This document shows positions 52,010-64,000 of a DNA stretch of 64,000 nucleotides, piece by piece. A program made the position numbers and the translations under genes. Every line of letters begins with the position of its first letter. Position 1 is the stretch's first letter. This DNA comes from Heterodontus francisci (Eukaryota): the NCBI RefSeq assembly GCF_036365525.1, contig NC_090386.1, positions 72,624,797 through 72,688,796 on the forward strand. The letters run 5' to 3'. Under the pieces are notes generated by a model. It saw only the letters and a program-made list of their open reading frames with translations. It was not told the origin of the DNA and ran no database searches.

Positions 52010-52067
52010 TAATTGTAAAAAAAAAAAGTTCATAAAAATACCTGATTTTCAACAGAATTATTTTATT
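52010..52067 (-). promoter_or_regulatory. Probable distal poly(A) site of SOGA1/MTCL2
   Basis: Minus-strand AATAAA (52067-52062), CA at 52044-52043, then a GU/U-rich tract GGTATTTTTATGAACTTTTTTTTT; lies at the end of a ~2-kb repeat-free AU-rich block. Confidence 0.6.
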
Positions 52068-54053
52068 AAGAAAACACATTTTACCAGTATAAGTTCTTGT
52101 ACTGTGAACTCCTTGAATTTTGCAACCGTTTCTTTACATGAGCAGAAATATCTATGGCTATAAAGCAGCTGCCTTCAAATTCTACTCCAAAATACCCGGA
52201 TTAAAAATTTACTTTCCTTTTTAAAGAATACTTCTTCAATGTTTTTCCAAGACATTAAAATAACATTAACCACAAACTTCACGAAGAGAATACAACAATT
52301 AATACATATTAAACAAATTGTAAAAACATTTTTTTGAAATTACAGCAAAATGTTAAATTAGTTCTAACTTGTTTCTGCAAACAAGCTTCATTTTGTTTAA
52401 AATTTACAGGCAGTTTAAATAATTTACCACAAATGTCTTGGAAATCACTTCAACAACAGCTTCGAATTAACCATACTGTTTGGTTCAATGTTGTTTCAAA
52501 GAGATGGCAGGGTTTAGGTACTGTGAACATGTGTGCAAGCAAAAACATGCAGGTGAAGTATTATGCTGTCATACAAAGACTGTTAAACTCTGGCATGGCC
52601 AGAATGACCTTTGGGTGGGTCTTTAATTGAATTTCAGGTACTATTTATAAAAATGCCAAAAAAATACAATAAAACCAATTATAGTAATGACTTGTCCACT
52701 TCACACACATTATTTGCCCTTTTGAGGTAAGCACAACTACAAACCAGAAGTCCTTACAAACTTTCTACTCAGTTTCTTATTTCAACATACACAAGGATAT
52801 TAAGCTGTTAAAATGGTCCCTATTGCAGATTAAAAGTCACAGTTTGAACTATACAGTTTCAAAAAAATACAAAATTTTGTGCATAGAATGTAAACTCAAA
52901 AATGTATAGAAGAGCATTTTGTAATATTTTAAATTCCCCAGTAAATGCTACACAAAAAATAATTGGTACATATTTCTATAATGGCTTCCAATTATTTAGT
53001 CTGAAAACAGTCCACCCAAAAGCCATTGTGTCTATGCCAAGGTCCTTTATCTCTCCTGCATTCTCTAATGCATAAACTAAGTACAAATACCTAGATATAT
53101 GTTTTTCTTCAGTTATTATACACAATTTATTTTCTATGAACAGTATAAATAATTAAAAGGCATTTTTACAAACATATGTAGAACTTTTATATTAAAAGGT
53201 CACCTAAAAACAAACATTTAAAAAACTAGTTCTACATTACAAAAATTAAAAAATACTAATGTTAAAAAAAACTTAAATATATCAAGAATTGAAAATGACC
53301 ATCAGATATTTTGGAGTTTAAATAGTTTTCATATATACACACGACAAAGACATAGAAAACGATGAAGCTTATAAAACTGATATACATTAATAACTTTTTA
53401 AGCATGAAAAGAGCAGGTAACTCAATATTGTCTCATTGCTTTGAGAAGAGCATTTGTACTACACTCTCTCGCATTTTAGTCACATAAATCACAGTTCTAT
53501 AATCCAACAATATTCTTGACTACATGCAGTCACTAGTCAATTAAAATATAATCTAAAACAGATACATAGTATATGCAAAATTAGTCAGAATGATTGGTAA
53601 AGATAGTTGGATTATTAACCCTGATTTAACCAGGTGAAATTATCTGAAAATGCAGTGGTTAACTGCCCTTTTTTCCTTAATGTAGAACCCATAGGTCCTT
53701 AAAATTTATCCAAAACTCTAAAATAAAGTTTGAATATAATGGAACCCTTCCCCATGTGAATGTGTGGAAAATTTTTTTTAAATGGATGCAGCAACATCCA
53801 ACTGAAACAATGGCTTTTGATTTATTAGAGAACATCTGTGAACAACTTATGAACAGTGGTTAAGTCCATGTTCTCCTCATGCATGATATTTTAAATATCT
53901 AATGTATTGACTGCAAGTAGACTAGATTATGCAGAGTCTCTCAAGTTATGTGAAATTACACATAATTAAATCACTTCTCTCAGAAGACTATGATGTAGAA
54001 AACAAACAGTGAAGGGTATGTTTACAAAAACAGTGAAGAGCACATTTACCACC

Positions 54054-54358
54054 AGAGTGCTGCAGTGGTTAGCATGGCAGCCTCACAGCTCCAGCGACCT
54101 GGGTTCGGTTCTGGGTATTGCCTGCGTGGGTTTCCACCGGGTGCTCTGGTTTCCTCCCACAGCCAAAGACTTGCAGGTTTATAGGTAAATTGTCCACTGT
54201 AAATTGCCCCTAGTGTAGGTAGGTGGTAGGAGAATTGAGGGAGGTAGGGAATATGGGAATAATGTAGGATTAGTATAAATGGGTGGTTGATAGTCAGCAC
54301 AGACTCGGTGGGCCAAAGGACCTGTTTCAGTGCTGTATCTCTTTATGACTCTATGACA
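54054..54358 (+). mobile_element. HE1 SINE with internal deletion
   Basis: GCAGTGGTTAGC..GGGTTCGGTTC head; tail CCTGTTTCAGTGCTGTATCTCT plus (ATGACTCT)-like end. Confidence 0.85.
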
Positions 54359-54379
54359 GTTATAGACATGCATTAAAAA

Positions 54380-57300
54380 AAATCTGGGCATTAATTACTT
54401 ACGCTGGAAGGTAGATAACTGAAACAGATATATTGGGGTGGGTAAGAGTGAGATGGAGACAGATTAGGATTGGAAGCATAATGAGAGACAGGCATATCGA
54501 AATGGAAAATGAAAGAGAAGCCAGATAAGGTAATGGAAATAGGTGTCAGATTGACATGGATAACGGCAAGTGCAGCCATACTGGAGGAGAAAGGAAATGG
54601 AAAGTGAATCAAGGAAGGGCCAGATTGGGAAGGATAATGATATAAGGATAGTCAAACTAGAAGGCAGCGTAGAAAGCATGTTAGGAGGGGAAAAGGGAGG
54701 AAGCAGAGACAGAAGCCTTGATATTAACTTGGGGCAGCAGTTGAGCAGGAAGAGGCCAAGGCAGGTGGCAAATCATCCTACCTGAGCAGCATGAGGCCTG
54801 GGAGATTTCAACTCCCTGGTCTCATCAACTAGCCAGAAGCAGCAGCTAATCTCCGGCTTTCAGGCAAGTCACAGGGAGGTACTTTGGGAGGGCCTCAAAT
54901 TTGGGGAGGGGTAGTGTCGGGGAGCCTAAACTTTCCATGTTAAACCTGGAGGAGCAATCCTGCTTCTCCTAGGCCACAAGAAAAGTCATAAAAAGAAAAA
55001 GCACTGACTTTTTGGCCCTGACTGCTCCTCCCATTAGTTTATCCTGATTGGAAGGCTTGTGGTTAAAATAGAAGTTGAACCCTGATGATGTCATTAGAAC
55101 CCAATCTGCATAGTTAAAGGATGAGACTGTCAATTTCCATTAGGTGTCCCTCTGTCTACTCAGAACAGGTTAAAATCAGAACCTGTGAGATGTCAGTGGG
55201 CAAGTCCCATGGGCAAATTTAACTACCTGCCGGTTTCCTCTAAATGGTTGAGGTTAGAATTGCTCCCAGACCAGTGGAGGTAAGTATCTAAGAAAGCCAG
55301 ATTGGGAATGTTAAAGGGAAACGGTGAAGACAAATTGGGAGAAGAAAGGAGAAAGGGAGCCCCAGGGAAAGAAGCAATGAGTCAGATTGGGAGATGTAAT
55401 GGAGAGCGCGCTTGGGGCAACATAGGGATAAAAATTTGCATTTATATAGTGCCTTTCATGGCCCCTGAATGTCCCAAAAAGTTTCAGAGGACAAAACACC
55501 TTTGACGTGTAATCATTGCTGTAAGGTATGGAAACATGAAGCCAATTTACACAGCAAGGTCCTACAAATAGCAATGAGATAAATTACTTTTTAGTGCTTT
55601 GATTGAGAGGCAGATGTGGGCAAGAACACAGGGAGAACCCTTGGGCAATTCCAAAAGAATGTCAAGATCATGTCCACCTGAGAGTGAAGTTGGAGTCTCA
55701 GTTTAACATCTTATCTGAAAGATGGCACATCTGATAATTCAGTGCAGTACGAAAGGAGCACTGAACTGTCAGCCTAGCTCTTGTGTTGATGTTTCTGGAA
55801 TGGAACTGGAATACACGACCTTCTGACTTGGTGAGAGTGCTACCACTGTGCCAAAGCTGACACCTGAAGAAAAAAAGAGAAAGGGAAATAGAAAAAATAG
55901 CACAGCAAGATAGACTGGTGGAAGTAAGCATTGTGGAGAGCCAGGGGAAGTCAAATTGGGAAGCAAACTAATTGGGGAGATGCAATTGCAAGAGAAGCCA
56001 GAATAAAGCAGATTGGGATGAGAAACTGGAATAATGAGCCAGATTGAGAGGGGTGGGCATAATGAAAAACTGGACAGAGAATTATAACAGCAAGGCAAGT
56101 CAGTAGGGGGCAGAGTGGGAGGAGTAATAGCAAGGGAAGACAGATTTAAAGAGGTCATGCAAAGGGAAGCCAGTGGAAGATGGATTGGTGGGAGTATGTA
56201 TCATGGAAAGCTGGGGGGAATAGACTGGTAGGATGGACATCATGGGGAGCCACAAAAGGTCACACTGAAAGGGGTAATGCTAAAGTGAGCCAGATTTGTA
56301 AGAGAAGGATCAAGAGAAAGCAGACTGAATGGAGTAAGCATCATGGGAATGCTAAAATGAGAGAGGCCATGACAAGAAGTCCCAGAGGGAGCTGGAATGG
56401 AAGGGATAGCAACAAGGAGGCCAAATTGGGTGGGGTAATTGGATGGACAAAGGAAAACAAATTGGGAATGGCAACGACAAAGGAAACCAGCAGAAAACAA
56501 AACTGGGAGGGGAAATAGTCAGGAAAGCTGGATTTGCTAGGTTAATAATAAGGAAGTCAATGGAAGAGGTAAGGGGAAGGAAAGCCATATTGGGTTGGGC
56601 AATGGAAGGGGAGCCAAATTGAAGAGGCCAAGATATGGAGAAAGAGTGAGTAGAGGTGACAGACTAGGAACCAGAGCTACATTGCAAGAAGTAATGGGAA
56701 GGAGGGCTAGGTAGAACAGGGAAATGGGAAGGATCGCCTGACTGCAAGGGTAGGAGAAACAAATTGGGAGGGAGGCAAGAGCCTAAAACCTCCGCTCAGT
56801 GAAGAACTCTCATTGGTTGGGTGGGGCAAGGGTTGCAATTCCATTCCACCAGGTTTCCACTCCTCTTAGTTTCCTCCTGATGCAGAAAAAGTACGTAGTT
56901 CTGCCTGCACAGTCACAACATCCAGCAGTTTAGAACTGCTTCTGCAGCTGTTTCAGGGCTACCCCAAGAATTCTGCCTGAAATGTCTCCAATGGGCCTAG
57001 CAGAACCTATGTCTGCTGAGAGCAGCTGTAGGTCCTATTCTGAGCCTACAGGGGAGAAAGCAATTGGCAAACAATCCCAGCAGGAAGCCACTCCTAGTTT
57101 CCTATGGTAAAGTGGAGCAGACACCTCTGTTGGTACAGAGTACCTATCCAAAAAGAATTAGTTGATTCCACTCCTGGTATTTGGGATCAGATCATGAGGG
57201 AGCCAAAGTGCCGGGTGGAAATCTTGCTCTGTTGCACTATTGCCAGGGTCCACGGAAGTTTTAGGCTGAGTTGCGCTGTCATAATGGGATAAAAAAAAAA

Positions 57301-57900
57301 ATGAAGCTGATGGAAAAAGTTTGCAATGAGGTGTGTGGAAGGGAGACAAATTACGAGGAGAAATGGGAAGCCAGATTGAGATAGACAATGGAAAAGATCC
57401 AAGGTTGGGAGTAACAAGATGGGAAGCCAAACAGAAAGGCAAGGGTAACAGAAGCTAGACTGGGTGGGGAAGTGAGCCAACTCAGTACATGAACTAGATT
57501 GGGAGAAGTAAGAGGAAGAAAGGCAAATGAGAGACAGATTGAGAAGGAAAATTGGCAGCGGAACTAAAACAGAAGGGCTATGGTAGAACACAAGAAAAAT
57601 GTGCTGGATGACAATGTGGAAGGGGCCAGGGTGGGGTGTGTGTGTGGGGGGGGGGGGCGGGGTAGAAAATTTAGCAAGGACAATAACAAAGGGAGTGAGG
57701 AGGATAGGGAGAAGAGACATGCACATTCAAACAAAGACTTAGAGTGACTGGGTAAATGGGAATGGATGCAAGAGGAAGACATAATAGGAGAGGCAGTCAG
57801 GAGACTGGATAGACTGAAAATGAGAAATCGACTGGGAAGGGAAGGAAAACAGAGATAGACTAGGAGAAATTAAAAGCTAAAAGGTTATGTTGAAAAGAAC
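54380..57900 (+). repeat. Purine-rich degenerate repeat tract with recurrent CA(G/A)ATTGGGA core
   Basis: Cores at 54621, 55298, 55331, 55383, 55952, 56009 and 57496, plus many variants. Confidence 0.55.
55430..55863 (-). mobile_element. Near full-length Deu-domain tRNA-derived SINE (SacSINE1-like)
   Basis: Minus-strand head GGTGTCAGCTTTGGCACAGTGGTAGCAC with a degenerate B box, Deu-like body, tail AAAGGCACTATATAAATGCAAA. Confidence 0.75.
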
Positions 57901-58609
57901 GATGGAAATGCAAACCAGTCTGGGAGGGCGCAAGATTAGAAGGGGTAATGAGGGGAGGGCAGTGGGCAGGGTGGGCCGCACATGGTGTGGCAGCAGGCTG
58001 AAGTATTTTCACGAGGACAGGAGGAGCATTCCTGCTTCTTCTGACTGCACAAAAATAAATGATGAGAAGGGCTTTGAGCAATTTTATGAATGAACACCGG
58101 TAGCTGCTTTATGGTCTACTGGCCAACCACTCACTGCATCAGGTGAGCACTGGGCATCTAATGGTAGGTAGTGGTGCACTCCCCCACCCAGACAGACAGT
58201 CAACTGCTGGCAGCTGGTTTTTCAGGTGAGAAATGGGCTGGCAGCAGCTGAAAATCATCCCTCGGCTGTGGCACCCATCTGTTACGACAATCAGGAAAAT
58301 GAAGCCCCCTCCCCCTCATTCAGATGGTTATACCGGGACTAGGCCTACTCCAGGCACAGGCCTATCTGGGATGCTGAGGAAATCCGTGCACTGCATAATG
58401 TGAGAGGTCATCTGATGCCACAAGCCTCTACCCCTTTTCTTTCATTTTCAGCATTCTGCAGGTATAATTTCCCTCCTAATTTAACAATGCTGAAATTCAG
58501 CATTCTATACTATCTATTCAAAGCAGTGTGCAATAATCTGCTTCAGAATTTATTTTTTAAGACTACATTCAGGGTAATACAAAATGAGAGGAAAACAAAA
58601 CAGTAAAAT

Positions 58610-59225
58610 GGTCTGGAAATTCTAGTGTGCCCATAAACAGCCAAACAATCCCACTAGTGAACACAGAGGTCTGAGGCACACGTTATAGTGTGCCTCAGAC
58701 CTCGTGATTGTCGAGACAGTGAGCTGTGGAGACCAAACGAGTGTTCTCAGGCAGCTCTTCAGCAAAGAGAATGCAGAGTGGTGGCCAGGAGTGACCCCCG
58801 TGGTTTTCATGTAGGGTACAGGGGAGCACTCCTGATCCTCCTGGTTCCACATACAGGTTAAGTATGTTTGAAACATTTACTTTTTTTAATTACAGCCTGC
58901 AGCAGTCGCTTTAAGATTTACCTATTAGGCCGCATACAGGCCTGGTTTTCCTGAACATAGCTGGCCCGACGCTGGCTGCGTTCAGGGCAACCCAAAATTG
59001 CAGAGGGGCTCTCAAACAGGCAGTCGGCCACTTATTTGAATAAGCAAAGTGTCTGACACCTGTTTTCGGTGTGGGTCCTTGCTGCCTTTTTTTTTTGCTT
59101 ACACCAATATGGCAGGGTGAACACTTCTGGCTCATTAAGTGTTTGCTTCATGGCCGCTATATTGTAGGCTTATGAGGCTGTTTAGCGCTTGAAAAGCAGG
59201 CGCTGTGCAGTCAAATTTCTAGATC
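58610..59225. mobile_element. Old MITE-like element
   Basis: Imperfect TIRs GGTCTGGAAATT / AATTTCTAGATC (10/12) and GC-richer body; TSD not clear. Confidence 0.4.
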
Positions 59226-60822
59226 ATAGTCTTCACTGGCCATCTTTTCCTCCAGCGGCCCAAAGTACTTTTATGCCAGTAATCTGATTATTGTACAACC
59301 TACAATGCAATTCATTTGGAACATACTTACAACCCACAATATACAGTGTGTCACAAAGCAACAACATGCGAAACAGCTCAGACATTGTAAATTATGAAAG
59401 TGAAGCTCAAGTGCTTTCTTTACATGAATTCAATTTTAAAAGGTGTTCCTGCTTTGTAACACACAGCTGACTGTTTCATTCTTTATCATATATAGAAAAC
59501 TGATTTCTTCTTTTTCAGTGTCGTGGTTTCCCTTTAAATGTTTTTCTTTTAAATGATGGAGTGCATCATTTGGAATAGTAATGAATGACTGGTCCTATCT
59601 GTGTACACGTAGGCCAGATGTAATGTGGGGATTTATTACACTACCACAATAAATTTATTACCCACCAGACAAAATGCTTTGTTACAAATGCAAAACAATG
59701 CTGAAAATGAGACAGAAAGCTAATCAATGGCCTGCAGCCTGCAACTTACAAATAGTTTCCAATCTGCAAAGCACTCTATTGAGCCAGGATTGCACCGATG
59801 TTTAATTAACACTTACAAGCACTGCTCCTTATAGAATGCATGCAGTTGCAAAGCAACCTGGAAAAGCTACTCACAAGTTGTCTCCCTTAAGACACCGAGC
59901 ATGTATGTGTTGCCGTGCAAAGAAAATTAAAGGAACCGTACATTCAAATGAACAGGCTGTGCAAAATGGAAAACAATTTAGAGGGGAAATTGCTTACAAG
60001 TCTCTTTCCTTAAAGGGAACCACCTTTAGCTTATAAAATTGCCTTGAGCAGTGGTACAAAACAGGTGTTATCGAACTGACTGTTATACTTACTCCCCAAT
60101 ATTCAGTCCCATTGACTTCAATAAAACTGAATATCAAGCAGGGAATCTAACAGGCAGCCCATGCAATACCACCCTGTTTAGCTTCCCCACCCAAGTCGAA
60201 TTTCATCCTCCATGCTCTCTGACTCACTGATAGCAGTGCCACAGGAGCTCTGTTTGTTCACATGTATGAAAATTATAATAAACCAAGTGTAGCTAAATTT
60301 AAGATGAATGGTAAGCGGAATCTCTCCATGCTTCCAAACGTGCAGTTTGAAATGTGTGTTGCAAGTATTTATTCCTTCTTAAATATATTTGTGGAGTGTG
60401 GCGATAGTGATGATAGTGCCCCAGACACATTTATAGATCACAAATGAGAGTCGGAAGAAAGCAGCACAGAGACGGGAGGACATGTTTGCCAGATGAAGTA
60501 GAGACTGTCAGATGTCATAATCTAGCTTAACAGTCTTGCTGTTGTATGAATATCTATGCACTGCTATTACAGAAATGACTCAACCATCTATGCAATATAA
60601 CCTAGATCACTCAGATTCTCTTGATAAAAGTCACTCAATAGTTTGCTTTCCCTCCACAGTTTGTACTTTGCAATTTACAGTGACCACAACAATAAAACCT
60701 GAACATCTTTTCTAAACGTCTCCAAGAATTTCACTTATGCTGTCAGATAAAGCGAAAGTTGCAGAGATTATTTTAGCACACAAAGTTGTCTCCTTGCTCC
60801 GGTACGTGGCACTGTTCACTAC

Positions 60823-60960
60823 TCAGCCTGATTTTTCATCTGACGTGTTGGGATCTGAAGGCAAAGAACGCGATTTACACTGCGATAATGAATGGCGAAC
60901 TGATGATCTGGACGGAAAGCAGGAGGTGAGTGACTGAGATGTACAATCACATGATGTTTC
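60823..60960 (-). CDS. SOGA1: SOGA1/MTCL2 last coding exon (ETSCDCTSQSLTSCFPSRSSVRHSLSQCKSRSLPSDPNTSDEKSG*)
   Basis: Acceptor TCTTGTGCAG| at 60961, phase 0 matching the upstream donor; CDC-x-x-QSLTSCF motif recalled from the SOGA1 C-terminus; TGA at 60825-60823. Not in the supplied ORF track. Confidence 0.88.
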   Translation of the reverse strand, partial: ETSCDCTSQSLTSCFPSRSSVRHSLSQCKSRSLPSDPNTSDEKSG

Positions 60961-62214
60961 CTGCACAAGAACATGAATGAAATTCAATGTCAATATTTAC
61001 ATGCTAAGTAAAACAAATCTTGCTCAATAGTTTTAGAATTGGGATAGAAATTTCTTAAATGTAAATTCAAATTGTAAACATAGAAACGACCATTGGGGAT
61101 GGCAGAATAAGCACTTTAACAAGATGACATGATTTTTCTACGGCTACTATTTTAGCAGAGGCACTAACCCATTTAAAATAAATGTGTTCTTGCTTGTATT
61201 AAACTAGTAGATAAACCCTGTACAAGAAATGCTAATATCACCCGCCATAACTTCATCAGAAAAAAAGTGGTGCTCATTATGATGAGGAATGTTAGTGCTG
61301 GGGAAAGGAATGCCTTCCATTTCAGGCATTCAGTGTCAGCATCATACATCTCCAGGTGAGAAACAGCCCCCACTCTGCTTCTACAACATACCTCAACCAT
61401 GGAAGAATACATCCCAGAACTGTGACTTTTCCGTACCCCACCGCCCCCTGCCACACCAGCCATCCCATGTTCTCTCGGTGATATAGTCAATTAGCTGATA
61501 TAGGGACAATTTCTCTGTTATAGTCTCATAGTCCATTTGGAATGGAATTCAGATCACCCAAACTCATAAGATTGACTCATTGCCCATAATATTCTTACAG
61601 TCATCAGACAGAGGAGCCTTTCGTCACATCAGTTTGGGCTTAATTTCTACCCAAGCTCCAGAGGGGAGAGGGCACCAATCTACCACAATATAAAATTAAA
61701 TTCTGTGAGACGAGGTTCCCAGTAATGGGATTACAGAGATCATTGTCTCTGAATCACAGAGCTCCTGATTTTCTCCATTAGATCCACACTTGTGAGCAAG
61801 GTTCCACCTCTGTAGCTTTGACTCGCTAAATTTGCCCTTTAATGTTTTTACCCCTCCCAAACTGGTTTGAATTTCCATTGTTCCATTCAATATAGCACTA
61901 TTAGCTTTTCATTTAATCTGTATAGTAACAAACATGCAGTTTGTTTACAACCTTTATGCATTAAAATATATATGCAGATAGCTTATTTTACTTGTAGGTA
62001 ATAGCAAATTAAAATTGATGTCTTGACATTTATAAATCTCAAAAGTACTGATTGGCTAGCTCTCTAAAAGAGCTGGCACAGGCCTCCTTCTATGCTGTGA
62101 CAGTCTATGATTTTATACTAGTCCAGAAATCTCATATTAACATTAGTTGTAGAGAGTTTCAAAATAATTTAATGACATATTTTAATGAGATGGTACTCCT
62201 ACTAAAGCAGTTAC

Positions 62215-63664
62215 CTCAAGTAGACCAGAAGTTCCACAAGCATCCCGGGTGTCTGGATCTTTAGCTCCCTGGGCTGGGCAGGATGTTGCTTTTTGGTCCT
62301 CCTTGTTCAGTTGCTTGGGAAGTCTTTTGTTTACAATTCGGCAAACACTGTCTCCCTGTGTATGGCCTGGTGGAGCAGACAAATCTGTTTTTCTGACACT
62401 TTCTTCAGACACTGGATCTTTTAATGGTTTGTCAGCTCCATTTGGTGGACTCTGGGATCTGCCACACACATTCCTAAAAAACTCCTGAACAATCCCATAT
62501 CTTGAAGTATCGCCTTTTGTTTTTGTTTCATGTTGGCTTGATTTCCAAACTGAGTCGACACTTCCAGATGTGTGCTCAACAACATTAAACAAACTGGACA
62601 GTCCATCATTGATTGAACTAAGCACTGGACTATCCCTTGTAGTAGTTGACCTAGCCCAAGCTGACTCATTTTGTCCTCGATGAGACATAGCCCAAGGACT
62701 TCGCTCTCTTGTATGATCTATTTTTGATGAGCTTCTTCTCTGCAACTTTGGTGAACCATATTTGGGTGAACAGCAAGGACGCTCAAATTTAGTCGGCACC
62801 TTTTCCAAAGATGAAGAGAGTTGTTTACTACGGGAACTCTGGGTTGGCATCAGTAAGGAGCCTCTCGATGCCCATGACCGGTGCAGACTACTAGAGATTG
62901 ATCTTGGACTTTCAGTCTGCAGCCCAACACTAATACTTCGGGTAGTCTGAGTACCCACACTAACAACTCCAACTGTCTGGCTTGCAGTATTAACCTTCCT
63001 TTCCAATGAACTTGTACAAATAACATTTCTGACACAATTGGCTACCTCTTTCATGTCATCACTCATGTTACCTGATATCTGCAGATCATGGAGGGCAGAT
63101 GGAAACCCAGCGGTAGCAGCAGTAGCAGAAACAGGATGTTCTCCAGTGCCACTTTCCAGCAGATCCCGGTGCTTGGAAAGATTATTAAACCACTTGTTAC
63201 ACATGTTCTCTGAATGGAGCTCTGAATCCCCAGTTTGTTTGGGTTTCGCCATGGTGAACAAGAAGCCTGGTTCAATCATAATCTTTCCTTCATTGTTTTG
63301 AACCAAAGAACCATCCATCCTGCGCACTACTGGTGGACTGTAGTAAATCCGAATGCCAGTTCTGTCTGGTGCTGTGTAACTCCTCTGTATTTGTTTTGTG
63401 TTGAGATGTGGGTTAACTAGATTCGCTGCCATGGTGAAGTCCCAAGATGAAATTACAGGTACTTCCACATTTGACTGCTCAATTAATGTGCTTTCTGTCT
63501 TCTCACGTAACAATTCACCATCATTATTCATGTGCTTCCAATTTTTCTTGTTCAGCTCCTCAAGATCCTTTAAACTATTTGGCAAGGGTGCAGAGGTGGG
63601 AGGTATATATGGAGATGTATCCAACAAGCTCTCAAACTCAGACATGGAAGAAACTGATTTGGCC
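62215..63664 (-). CDS. SOGA1: SOGA1/MTCL2 (microtubule cross-linking factor 2) penultimate coding exon
   Basis: Acceptor TTATTTTTAG|GGCC at 63665 gives AKSVSSMSEFESLLD. Motifs GIRIYYSPPV, GKIMIEPGFLF, SGNMSDDMKE, RPCCSPKYGSPKLQRR, SAWARSTTTRDSPV, YGIVQEFFRNVCGR fit SOGA1 rather than MTCL1. Donor GAG|GTAACT at 62215. Confidence 0.92.
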
Positions 63665-64000
63665 CTAAAAATAATGCATTTGAAAATGAGTTATTTTTCC
63701 CCTTTGTGAAATATAAATGGGCAAAGGCCACATCACCCACTGGAACAAGCTAGATTGTCATCCCTACTTATTTTCTAGTTGGGATGGTAAAGCTTTCACC
63801 TAACGTTTTAGTATACCAGGAGAGTTCAGACATTTACAGCTTTGGGAAAATGCAAATCCACTGCCTCAATTACTGAGGCGCTTCTTGGCCAATGATCAAT
63901 CATGGATCACAAATTGTTCCGTTCTCATTGAGGGGAAATGCCGTGTGCATCTGGGGAGTAGAGAACCAATTACAGGGAGAAGCAAATCTCATCTATATCT

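Larger units (their letters stand above)
52043..60822 (-). other. SOGA1: Probable long 3' UTR of SOGA1/MTCL2
   Basis: Runs from the stop codon to the predicted poly(A) site; AU-rich unique ends with TE-derived and low-complexity middle. Inferred, no transcript evidence. Confidence 0.5.

Noticed and set aside
55769-57782. Several Leu/Ser/Pro/Phe-rich minus-strand ORFs
   Set aside because: Explained by the pyrimidine-rich low-complexity strand, which has few stop codons.
62182-63645. 487-aa ORF as a complete single-exon gene
   Set aside because: It is an internal exon: acceptor at 63665, donor at 62214, and the frame continues in the 60823-60960 exon.

Overview
Eukaryotic, vertebrate DNA, very likely a cartilaginous fish (shark), inferred from HE1-type V-SINEs, Deu-domain SINEs and the CR1/L2/RTE LINE mix. 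The only recognisable host gene is the 3' end of SOGA1/MTCL2 on the minus strand. It has a large penultimate coding exon (62215-63664), a last coding exon (60823-60960) and a probable ~8.8-kb 3' UTR ending at a canonical poly(A) site near 52043. The other ~52 kb is transposon-dense. It contains a near-complete but decayed two-gene PIF/Harbinger transposon with nested LINEs, related MITEs with 3-bp target-site duplications (TSDs), a Mag-like Gypsy element inside an L2, five RTE copies, many CR1 pieces and SINEs. It also holds three short Penelope-type terminal-repeat elements bearing minimal hammerhead-ribozyme motifs. The most notable observation is a foldable type I hammerhead on the SOGA1 sense strand ~70 nt downstream of the predicted poly(A) cleavage site, with a 63-bp-arm fold-back double-hammerhead element ~1 kb further on. 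All calls were made by eye; boundaries without TSDs or splice sites are approximate.
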